A stretch of DNA of 50,679 bases, counting the filler, from Bipalium vagum (lineage: Eukaryota), in NCBI GenBank assembly GCA_037834085.1. It is 3 parts of 3 records of this genome, joined end to end, with 100 filler letters (N's around TTAATTAATTAA, not from the genome) between each part and the next. Parts side by side here need not be neighbours in the genome. Positions count along the whole stretch, not along the records: positions 32,520 to 50,679 come from JBBMKC010038704.1; 2 more parts are not named here. The stretch is one strand, 5' to 3'. The notes under the pieces are model-generated. The model saw only the letters and a program-made list of their open reading frames with translations, did not search any database and was not told the origin of the DNA. Shown here piece by piece: positions 38,816-50,679 of this stretch. The stretch's first letter is position 1, and every line of letters starts with the position of its first letter. The position numbers were made by a program, and so were the translations under genes.

Positions 38816-41800
38816 GAAAAATAAAAAAATCAATAAAATAAAATTCGTCAATTATCAAAATTTGTTAAAATCTGCCAGAAGTTTTCGCAACATCGCAATT
38901 TCATTCATCTTCATTTTAGAATATTTGGTACTTTCATGTGTTTTCGATATCTTAAGCTTGCTTTGGATAAATTAGAAAGAATCTTTGATTGTGCTATGTG
39001 ATACTGGTGAAATAATTGTCTCTGAAAAGTAAAGACTTTTTCAAAAAAATAGATTTTACCAAATTCTGCACTTCGACCATCCTTTTGAAGTTCATTCAAT
39101 ATATAGATTACCTTGTTTTGTTCTGCTATACCAAAGACAGTTCTTTGTGAAATACTTTCGAAATATTTGATGGAAAAAAAGTTTGATCTATATTGAAGGA
39201 TTTCGTAAAAACGTTACTGAAAATGATCGTATTTTTCTACCTTCATCGTGTTAAAAAACAAAACGTATTTGACTGTATTCAGATATATATTATTTTATTC
39301 TACTAAACAAAATTTCCAGCTTCCTCAAACTTGTTTCTTTCATAAGGACAAGCAACTATAGAAAATCATTTACAATTTCTACATGACACCTCACTAAGTC
39401 TATCTTTTTCGCCAACAAAGTATTGAAAATTACCATTTAAGGATAAAGTTTTTATTAAAATATATAAGAGGTCTTTATGAGTGACTCTTAAGCAAACTGA
39501 TCACTTCAACACATCTATATCGACAAATGTAGAAATACGTATTTCACTGATCTCTTTTATGTTCATTACTCTCAGACGTAAGATAGCTCAACATCTCCTT
39601 TAGTCAATAGACAAAACAAGGATGTTTATGTAAACCAACTTTGTATTCCCATCACCAACCCTATCATTTTAGAAGGCTTCACAGATATTTTTAAAATTAA
39701 TCTTACGTATATAAAATTCAGTATTAAAACCTTCGTGTTATGCCTTCTTATCTTCTGTTAATTTATATACTGAGAGTAGTGCAAAAAGGGAATAAGAAAA
39801 GAAAGAAATTTTTGGAATCTGTAAGATAGTCAAACAAGAAATAAAATATTTCCAGTCGCTGTTCGTTGCCTTACTTTATTTATGGTTATAATTAATTAAT
39901 CTCTCATTTGCTTAAATAAAAATATTTATTTATTTTTTTTATAGTTTGCTTTTATAATAAATCCTGAATAAATTCTGTTTCTATTACTGGCCCATGCTCA
40001 TTAACAATTAATCGGATTAATGATTTATAAATAACGTAATGAAACATTTAGATTTAATGAGTTAATGAAGTAAAATTATATTATTTTAGGATGTTCAGAC
40101 TTTATCAGCTGATATTTATAATTAAAATAAGAATATAAATGGGAAAAAGAAAAAAAATCATTTTTTTCTAAATGAAGAATTCCATTATGCAGCTTATTTA
40201 GTGTTATTATTTAAGTTTTTTACAATAAAATTATTTTTTATTTTGTTTTAACAAACTCAAATATTTTTTCACAAAAATTTATAAAATTTAAATGATAAAT
40301 AAAAATAAAGAAATTAAAAAAAATTAAAAAATTATTTAAAATAAAATAAATATAAAAAAATATAAATAATTATAATTCCTTTATTCCAACTGAAAAAAAA
40401 ATTTTTATTTTAAATTAATTAAATAATTAAATTGAATTAATGATGTTAAATAAATGATAGGAAAAATATCAAAAAATTATTAAAACAATTATCAGAATAT
40501 ATTACCATTTTAATAAAATGGATTTCATTCAAATTATATTTACCTAAATATTTTAACCATAATTTTTTTGTTTTATTACTCAACCATTCACGTTGAATGT
40601 TATAATAAAGAAATTAAGGTCGATAAATTAATTAACATTGTGGTTTGTGAATAAATTATCATATATAATCATTCCAAAAATAATTTATTAAAATATGATA
40701 ATTTCAGACTAATTTTAGAAGTTACATAGAAAAAAATTTAAAATTTCCAAATAATAATACAAATATTAATAAATAATTGTATAAAAATAGCTAAAGATAT
40801 TTTTTCGTTAATTATTACGAGGGAAGAAATTTTCATTATAAATTATTTTAATTGGAATTTGGAATTTTAGTTTTGATTGCATGAAACTATTTATTAAAGA
40901 ATTTATTTGATATTTTTGAGAAATTTATATGAAAATATAAAATAAAAATATTAATACATGAACAATGTTATTTATTGTTATTAATAATACATAATAAAAT
41001 TTAACCTTGAGGTTCTTATACGAAAACTGGTGGGAATTATTCTTCTTCAACCTTACTTGTTAAGTTCCTCAACATTCAAAGGATAAAGATTTAATTATTT
41101 TAATTTGAAGTAACCTAAAAGAGAAAAGCAGTTTTGAAATGGACATTTTATGATATCAAAAACTACAAAAAATAAAACATTGATTATTATTGAGAAGGAA
41201 AAAAGGAGAAATAATAATTTTTGTTTTATTTCTTTAAGCCTTTGATTCTATCATTCCTAATTTTCTCAATGTTTTTAAACATGAAAAAGAGTTGAGTTCT
41301 TAATTGCTTAATTTATTTCACATTTCTCTAACACCAAACATTCTTTTCGTTTATTCTGATTTCAAACATATCATCAAAATGAACACATTTCTCAACTTCT
41401 CCATTACCATTTGTCTTTCTTTTTTCTCCATACCCCTGGACTTTTCTTCATAACTTATAGACATTTTAGTTTTCAAACCGTTCAAAAATCAAATTTTTCT
41501 GCTATCTTTATTCTTATATCTATTGAAAAGTATTATTTCATCTCAAAGACCTCTGTTATTATCTGTTATAGAGTAAAAGATATGAAGAAATAGGTAATCA
41601 ACCTGAAAAAAGAGTAAGAAGAGCACTAAGAGAATATTCTAATTAAATATATTTCCTTTTGGTAATATATATCTCGTTCTCAATGAAAAAAAAAGTAACA
41701 ATATTTAATTAAGCATGAAAGGAAATATTTCAGAAAAATTGTTATGTTATATTAAATAATTGTGTACAATTTTTATGATACTTTTAACTCAATCATTTTC

Positions 41801-42486
41801 CATTTAAACTTGTCTCATATTATTTTTTATTTTATTAATTTATTTATTTTAAACTCAATTAAAACTGTCTTACATCCAAGGGGTCACTACTGGCCCAACC
41901 AAACTTCAATCAATAGTATTATATGATAAAAGTTGCGATTTCCCCCCATTTTCATATATGTACATTTGCTACGGACATTAGTTAAAAAATCTCGGCTTCT
42001 GATTGGCTGTTGGTTTAAGTAATACATTTACCAGTTTTTATATATTAGTTCTTATATATATTTGATATAAAATATTTTTTCATTATTTATTTATTTTTTC
42101 TACTATTCTATCTTTATATCTGGTATATAAATGGATTTACAATGTTATGGATTTATCAAGTCGCATTATATTGAAACAATCCTGGAAATGAAACAATCCA
42201 TTTGGGTTTTGCTAGAGAGAACACTGTAAGCAAATATAAACATTGATATTCGTTTTAATATTACCAAGATTATTATTAATATAATTGTTGTACAATTTTG
42301 AAATTATTAACTACTGTACTGATATACTTTCGCCTACATCCCATTCTTCATTGTCTCTCTTGTCAATTAATACACATTGAAAGGCATTCGTGAAATACGC
42401 CCTCACTCTGTAAAATTTGAGGACATATTCACATGGGCAATTAGAACAGAACTGTTTCCTATTTCTCTCTCAATAGAGCCTCGACA

Positions 42487-43473
42487 ATGACAAAACCAAA
42501 CAATTGCACAATCTATTTCGACTTGGTCAAGTCCAACAATATCAGTGAGATGCATATACCTTTCTTTTGTGTTAAATATTCTTTTGAGCTCGAACTGTTT
42601 CTCATGGTTGTCTTTACCATACTGGTCATTGGAACTGCCGGTGGTAATCTGCTTGTTATTCTTTCAGTGGGTATCGTGAAGAAGTTGCAAACTCCATCCA
42701 ATTTGTTAATTGTCAACTTGGCATGTAGCGATTTTCTCGTATCCATTCTTGTTATGCCAGGAGCCATTTACCAGCAGATTTATCGAAATCGTTGGGCTTT
42801 TTCCGAACTGCTTTGCGATATTTTCATTTCTTTCGACGTCATTCTCTGTACATCAAGCATACTGAATCTCTGTGCCATATCGATAGACCGGTATCTGGTA
42901 ATAACCAGACCTTTTCAATATGCCGTAAATCGTACTCCGGCCGGAATAGTTATGATGATTGCCATCAGCTGGTCGACATCGGCACTTATCAGTATTCCTC
43001 CGTTGTTTGGTTGGAAAGAAAAGTTCGTTCCAGGTCAATGCGGTTACAGTGAAAATCTGATTTATCAAATTTATGCAACATTTGGGGCCTTTTACATACC
43101 ACTTATGGTGATGCTGATATTGTATGGTCGAATATTCAAATTGGCAAGGGATCTTGCTCAAAATGATGCAAAACTGAAAAGTGAGATTTCTCCCAATTCA
43201 TCACATCCGATCATGGAACCATATACTGCAACAATACCCACAGCAAAGTGTTCTCTACCAAAAAGTTCTAATGGACAGTTGAATGTGACACAGCACTCAG
43301 TATCTTCTGGCAGCCTCAGAAAGTCCCGCAATGTATCAGAATCATCTCAGACTAAGCTTCACTCTAAAAGTCGCACAAAAATGAAACCATCTACCGAAAC
43401 TAAAGCCATAACAACGCTCGGTGTCATTATGGGCTGTTTTACCATCTGCTGGTTGCCGTTTTTTATACTTCAA
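42487..43473 (+). CDS. Serotonin receptor, 5-HT7-like class A GPCR; coding exon spanning TM1-TM6, TM7 exon not found in window
   Basis: GNLLV (TM1), NLACSD (TM2), FDVILCTSSILNLCAISIDRY (TM3 with Asp3.32), ISIPPLFGW (TM4), YQIYATFGAFYIPL (TM5), KAITTLGVIMGCFTICWLPFF (TM6). Donor CAA|GTAAGT at 43474. Confidence 0.9.
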
Positions 43474-46400
43474 GTAAGTTGGACATTATTATTTCCTCAT
43501 CAAAGTTTTTCCTTTCTTTTTTATTTCATCTCAATATTTTTATTTATCATTTGAAATTAATAATAAATTAATATAAGAAAGACTAATTGTAAATCTTGGC
43601 ATCATTTTGATGAAGAGTAGATTTAGAAATGTTAATGATTTTATATAAAAATAATCGATTATTCGATAAAATGATTAAATCTATATAGGATGGGATATCA
43701 TGTTAAAAAGAAAAAAAAAGAGATAATAGTTTTATTATTTTAAAAAAAAGCTTTAGAAATAAATTTAATCAATTAAAAATTTATTATAATAATAATAATA
43801 GTTAATATTAAAATTACTATTAAAATTAATAATATTTTTTTTTATTATTAATATAAATATAAATATTATTATTTTTATCATTATTAATATTAATATCATT
43901 ACCATTATTTTTATTTTTATTATTATTATTATTGTCATTATTATTATTATTTATTATTATTATTATTATAAGAATTAAATAAACTTTTTTTCATATAATA
44001 AACATTTTTTCAAATAATTTAATGAAAATAAAGAATAATGTTTATATTCAACGAAATCTTTTCTTATTTTTATTCAATAGAAGATTTAAATAAAAAAGTT
44101 TCAGAATTCGTATTGAAGATGGAGCAACAATTTTCTCTTAATCCCTTCTTTATTCAGAGAATTACTGTTCATGTTTAATAAATCATTATATTCACAATTG
44201 TAAAGTTTTGTGAATGTCTCGTTTGATACTTATGAAAAGAAGACAGAATTAAATTGTAACGTTAAAGATCAATTTCTTAATAAAATGCAATACAAAACTA
44301 ATCGACTGTAATTTATTAATCGCTCTTTCAATTTCCCTAGACTAGTGGAGATGTTTCCTTCATTATAGGCACATTGAAAAGGAAAATGAAATAGAAACGA
44401 AATATTATTAATAAAATCTTTGAGTCGAAACCTTCAAAACTTGATACTATTAAAATTGATGCAATTTAAATTTCTTTCAAAACCCCACTTGACCAATCAT
44501 GTTGAGTTGACCTCATTATTTCTGGTAGAGTTTAAGTACTTTTAAGTCCTACAACGAATATTCTGAATTAAGTCTAACTTATATTATATTTTATCAAAAT
44601 TTCTTAACTTATATTAAATGGTTTTGGTTAAAGACTTAAAGTTCGATGGAAATATTTATAATACTTTTGGGAAAGTGTAGAAACCACTTATAATTTCTTT
44701 TCAATTTAATATCTTTAATGTTAATTGTTTTATTCTTATTTATTGTATTAATTTTTGAAAATCGATATCAATATAATAATAATGTTAAAATATTGATAAA
44801 ATATAAAGATCGTGATCCAAGGCCAGTCTAAAAATTAATAAAAATGTTTTAAAAAGTAATTATTAAAATTATTTTATTTTTTTGATAAAAGGCAAAGATT
44901 TTTAAAATCAATTTAATATTAAAGGTTGTGATAATTTTATGAAATTCATTTTAGATATTTAAATATTATATAGATATTATTCTGTATAATAATAAAATTT
45001 ACGTTATTTACATAATTTTGAGACTTAAATATAAATATTTGTATTATTAAAGTAAATTATTATTAATGAAACACTAAAATTATATATATATATATATTTA
45101 ACATATTGTATTAAAATTTTACTCAAATCAACTTTTAATCTAAATTGATTGTAAATTTGTTTAAGTTTTCAATTTATCATTTATAAAATATCTTTTACTC
45201 CGTTAAATAAATGAAAAATTAAAAAAAATAATAAAATTATATAAAAAAATATATAATTTTTATATTCAAATGATTTAAAAATACTGATACTGTTTTAAAA
45301 AAAATAAATATTGGATCATTGGCTATTGAGAAATACTTTAGGATAATTATTTTCTATATATAATTTATTTATTTATTTACAAAAATTCAATTAATTAATT
45401 AATTAATTCAGATTTCATCCATCAATAATGTAATTATTTTTCGCTTTTCAAATATAAACAATTGGCTACGTCTTAAAACAAAAATTCGAATAATTTACAT
45501 AGAATTTTCAAATTTTTCACCTAATATAAAAAAACGTTTCTTGTTAATTTTCTTTTCTTTTAACAATTTCATTTAATAATCCTGAAAGATATTTAATAAA
45601 ATAAAATCTAATACAAATCTCAAATCATGAATAATTTTTATGATGAAAGCGTTTTTCAATATCAAATAAGCTTTGCTTCCGACATTTATGAGGAAATAAT
45701 TAGCGATGTAAAAAATAGAACTAAATTAAATTCATAGTATTTTTTTTTCATGCCAAATAAAATTTAAATTTTTTTCCAACAATTATTTTTTTCAATATTA
45801 TTTGTCCTTCCCTTCTTTTTTAAACATAAAATAATAATTTTGTTTCGCTAAGTAATTAGAAATAATTTTGAATTTTTGTATTATATTTATTAACATCTCT
45901 CAGCTTGTAATCCCTAGGAGAAAATATTTTTAAAAAATTATTAGGCAAAATGACTAATCTAAATATTCAAACAAATTTTATCAAACCACGTCATAATAAA
46001 TGTCATAATAAATTTTAGAAAAATACCTTTAAATTTTAATATTATAAATTTATTAAATTAATTTTTTTAATTCATTAAATTTTATAATACATATATTATA
46101 ATATATTATAGTACAATTTTATAATACATAAAATTAAACTCTATAATACCTAATACATCTAACATTTAAAACAAAATAAATTTAATTAAGTTTTTAAATA
46201 GTTACTATTTTTTAAAATACTAATATCAATAGACCACTACATTATAAATATAAGAAAGATCTTAAAGTTAAAAATTCCCATGGTCTGATTAGTCTACTTG
46301 TGACATAAATATTCAGCAATTTCCAAATTGTTACACTAATTTCATATTGCCAAGTGACATGATCCCTAATATTCTGGAAAATTACTATTTGATCTGTAAA

Positions 46401-49400
46401 TGAAGAATAATAAATTTATTATATTTGGGGAATAATTTATATTTGAGAAATATATATTTTTCCTTTTCACTTGCTGTTGATCTGTTCATCATTGGCAATC
46501 TGAAATTATCCAGACATAAAAAGGGAATTAATAATTCCTTATGTAAAATGTATATCCTACCATTTCAGTAATGAATTTACATAAGTGGAAGAGATACGGG
46601 AAATTTATCAATAATGCCAAGTAAAACGTCGTTCTTTCTCTTTTGCAAAGCAATAAATCTTCCCCCAACAAATTTATTGTTCTGCACAGCATTACAATAT
46701 GCATCCATGAAAAGGCAAATTTGTCTCGTTTAACCAATGGACCGTAAATTTGTTTTCGACTTCCAGAAACAAATATATATTTTCTTTTTCTTTTTTTTGA
46801 AAAGAAATCTGTATAATTTATATTTTTCTTTTCATTTCAAATCCGCCGGAAAATTGCATTAATTAAAAATAAAAGATAAAAAATAACGATAAAAAATATC
46901 ATTTCCTCTTAATATTATATCTGATCACTTTTCAATCTGCAATAAAATATTTATTTGTTTAAATAATTATAAATTAATAATATTTTTTACAAATGTAAAA
47001 ATAAACGTTAAACTGTTAATTTCGGATTTAAGCTAAGAAAATCTCTTTTTAAAAATATTTTTCTCTTTATGATTTACGAAGACAACGAAAAAAACATTGA
47101 ATTTTTCTTTTTATATCAATTAATGAAAAATTTTCTTCTTAATATCATTATTGATTATTGAATTTGCAAGAAATTATTTTTTTTAATTCACTTATATTTA
47201 GATAGTCATGTGTACCAAAAATAGCAAATTATTATTGAAAATAAAAAATTAGAGAAAATTGCTAATAAATAATTATTTTATTTTATTATATAAATATGCA
47301 TTAAAATATTAATAATAATATCTAGTTCTGAATTATTTTGCAAAATTTATTCTGCGAAGAAACGAAATTATAATAATTAAATAAGCTGTAGAACTTTTAA
47401 TATATTTATGATATATTTTAATATTAAATAATTGATTATTTCATTTATTATCATTTATTGGTTCATCTGGTTATTAATTTAAAAATAATCGTTAATGAAA
47501 CAGTTCAATTTTATTGGATGATTAATTTTCCATTTATTAAAACAAAGTGGTGAAAATGAAATCGATTTTGAAAGGAAGATGATATTTTTGTACTATCTTA
47601 AAGCTTTTTAAGGATATTTTCTATAAGAGTCTTAAAATCAAACTGAAATTTTTCCATTGGAAAAATAGTGATGAAGGTGATATAAAGAAATATCAATATT
47701 TGAAAAGAAAGGCAAGAATTACGGAGATTTTACTTGTAGGGTTCATGATATCAAAAACACATTAATGAACATAATCGAGTTCTTATTAAATTTTAAGTGT
47801 GATTTCAAAAAAGATATTAAAGCAAAATCGATAAAAAAAAGTTATTTAAAACACTTAATTTATTTGAATTATGATTAATTTGTATCAATTGATATTTTTA
47901 GTATGCGAGTTTTGGTGAATCTAAAGTGAATTCTTTTCTCAATGAATCCAGGAAATCGACGACTGTATTGAGATTGTGACATTGTGAGACGTGCTTATAT
48001 GGTGAGGTATTGTCCAATAAAACTATTGGGAGTTAACGGGCCAACCCAATGATGTGACTACATGAAGATTATGTATAAATAGAGGGTAGCTATATCAAGT
48101 TTCATTGAGAATTAAAAATGTTTAGGCTTATGACAGAACACAAGTTCAAAATGAAAAAATTAGTATATTGAAAACTTCAGTTAACAATTAATCAGTTAAA
48201 CTCCTTAGAAAAGATAATATAGTATAAAAATAAGAGACCTTGGTCTTATTAGCATAAAGATATCCTTAAGGTGAAGGTAATAATAAAAGAAATAAATAAA
48301 ATATTTATCGTGACCAAGCAAAAAAATCATTAAACATAAGTAATAAGTATTAATTAAAAATAAATAAAAAAGTGACCAAAGCTTTATAAAAATATTTCTT
48401 TATATTTTCATCTCCAGAAAATTTTATGCTACGGTTTATTGCTTAGATCCTTTTTTGAGTTTTTGATTTCTTTGTTTTAATATATGAATATGGAAATATA
48501 ATTATTTTAATGTTATTCAAAATACCATATTATGACTATGAGTATTTTAAACTTTAATAGAGCCTATTGAATTCACAAATTATATAGAAATATGTGAGGT
48601 GCTTATCAAAATAATATTTATTCCACCGCAAAACCGTAATCAACAATCATTACAATAAATCAACATGATTGTGGTGACAAAACTAGCAGTCACCATAAAT
48701 TATAGAAACCCTTACTCTTTTGAAGTCATAACAAATTAAGTACTCTACATGTATTTTTTCCAATCAATATTATGTTCTATAAAGATCATGTTCCCATTCC
48801 TTAATCAAGCACATTTCAATGGTCTCTATATACTTTCAATGAAATCGTTTTATTATGTCCTCCATTTTTTTACCACCCTTTTAGTATATTGGTTAGTGCC
48901 GTCACATAAGTTAGTTTAGAATCCTGTCATAAAAGAAATAGTTTTATTTCTTGCAAACTATAACGGATTCTATAGACATTTATATGAAAGTCCACATTTG
49001 AAAGACACCATTTAATATAAAGTAAATAATTTTTTTAAAATAAACAAATCCTGACCCTTTTCAATTTCTTAAAGTCTGCAGATTTGAACTATGCAACTAT
49101 ACACCGACGAAACCCTTTCAACTTTCTTGTTGGCTTGGCCAAAAGATTTTTATTACAGGAAGTTAATATTTCTAATCTGAAAACTTTCTTATCGGAGTCA
49201 AAAAGTGAGTGAGAAATATAAAGTTTAAGAATATAAAGAAAAGAAAAAGATTTTTACTGACTTCAAAAACCTTTATCAAAATTTTAATAAAATGTTAACT
49301 TAAAATAATATTTTTAGTCTGATTTTTATCAGTAACCATCGGTCATCTGTATTATTTTAGAAATAAATCAATAGATAAAGTCTAATAAAAAATTTAATAG

Positions 49401-50436
49401 ATAATTAATTTTGGAACTTATTTTATCGTGGTACATAAAATTTATTTTAAAATAACAAAAATTTCTGATATAAATATATAAACTATAATAATAATAAATA
49501 TTATAATTTCATTTATATTTGACAATTTCATTGATAATATTATATGACATAACATGATCCCGGATGTTCGAGATAAATCGGAAATTTTTGTACAACAAAT
49601 AAGCCAATGTAAATAGAAGAATTTAGTATGTGTATTCATATAAAAATTGGTATAAAATAAGATTATTCAATACCATCTTTATTTGCTGCTTTTAATAAAG
49701 CACTTATAATCTGAAATGAAATTTAATATATTCTTATTTTACCTTTTCCCGATTCATATAATTAATTACTTTCTTCACAGCATCCTGTAGTCGCTTAAAA
49801 GTGCTATGAGTTTCGTATTGACCTTAACAATTTCGCATAGATAATAGTAGGAGGGATTCCAGCCAGGCATGTTAAAAAACCACAAATCGATGACAAATAG
49901 TTGGATAGATATGAATAAGAACACCTCGACAGATACTGGAAATTTCAAATGCTACATCGTCGAATTATCAGGAGCATGGTAGTAGATCCAGTGTTTATTT
50001 TACCGATCGATTTTTCTGTCTTGAACGAAATATTATTCTTTGGAGAAGAAATAAGAAAACCCAATTATATAATGTTTCATATCATTACAAAATCTGGTTT
50101 TTACGGCTTGATTTCTCATTTTCTATCAAGATATAGTATTACACTAGCTGATGACTTGACCACACTCATTCCCTTTGCATGTCATTTATATCTTTGAAGC
50201 GATCAGAACCAACTTTCAATTTGTAATTGGTTACTTTTTACCATTCTTCTTAAACATTTTAGCGATCTTGTCTTGTTATGAACAATCAAATCCATAATTT
50301 GTTTGGTTGTTTCCTTGATCCGAAAACTACATAAACCTTATTCTGAATTCATATCTAATTTAGAAAACTATTTTTATCTAATTACTTTAATAATTAGAAA
50401 GGTTAGCAAATGAAGGTTAGATGATGTTATATATTA

Positions 50437-50679
50437 TTGGGATGTCTGGAAAGTTCGTGCGTTTTTTATTAGAAAAACAAAGACTGCTTTTTTACAGAAA
50501 AATATATTTTTATTAACAAATATAAGTACCATTCTGTACAATAATTTGTTGTCATCTATCAAATAATGCTATAATTCCACTTTTGAAGAATTGTTTGTCT
50601 TTTAAACATTGGAATTAATAGTTTTGTTTCTTGGTAGAATTTCAAAATAAATTACTCCTTTATAATCCCACCATATGGA
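50437..50679 (-). mobile_element. Mariner 3' end with TIR, internally deleted, running off the window
   Basis: TA|TTGGGATGTCTGGAAAGTTCGTGCG TIR. Minus strand: SIWWDYKGVIYFEIL and FKSGIIALFDR*QQIIVQNGTY. Confidence 0.8.

Noticed and set aside
42513-43161. Alternative-frame and antisense ORFs within the GPCR exon
   Set aside because: Shadows of the receptor CDS.
46317-46760. Possible downstream GPCR exon
   Set aside because: No TM7/NPxxY in the frames examined.
47940-50340. Possible retroelement remnants (also 39540-39760 and 44300-44700)
   Set aside because: Only isolated short motif hints (SDQG, VYI-like); too decayed to assign.

Overview
Very AT-rich metazoan genomic DNA with short spliceosomal introns (mostly 43-49 nt) and many (AAT)n microsatellites. 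The overall style and the 5-HT7-type receptor suggest a flatworm/planarian-like invertebrate (inference only). The window is three contigs joined by two artificial 100-nt linkers (44 N + TTAATTAATTAA + 44 N), so adjacency across 15712-15811 and 32420-32519 is unreliable. Recognisable host genes are 5-oxoprolinase (OPLAH; minus strand, 4 exons, 3' end missing), a CFAP119/CCDC189 homolog (4 exons, X-box-like site upstream, 3' end not found) and the large first coding exon of a 5-HT7-like serotonin GPCR. There are also two unrecognised probable genes (PWWP/Tudor-like exon at 6814; acidic two-exon gene at 16770), an orphan minus-strand exon (9580-9719) and a decayed intronless alpha-SNAP pseudogene absent from the ORF track (28120-28567). 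Most of the rest is decayed transposon sequence: about seven mariner remnants, Tc1, Tc3-like, maT-like, piggyBac, Merlin/ISXO2 (with apparent 27- and 33-nt introns), Ty3/gypsy pol, related LTR copies sharing conserved hairpins, and a MITE. I found no convincing novel multi-gene system. The best leads are the tiny-intron Merlin, the alpha-SNAP retrocopy, the conserved LTR palindrome and the orphan genes.
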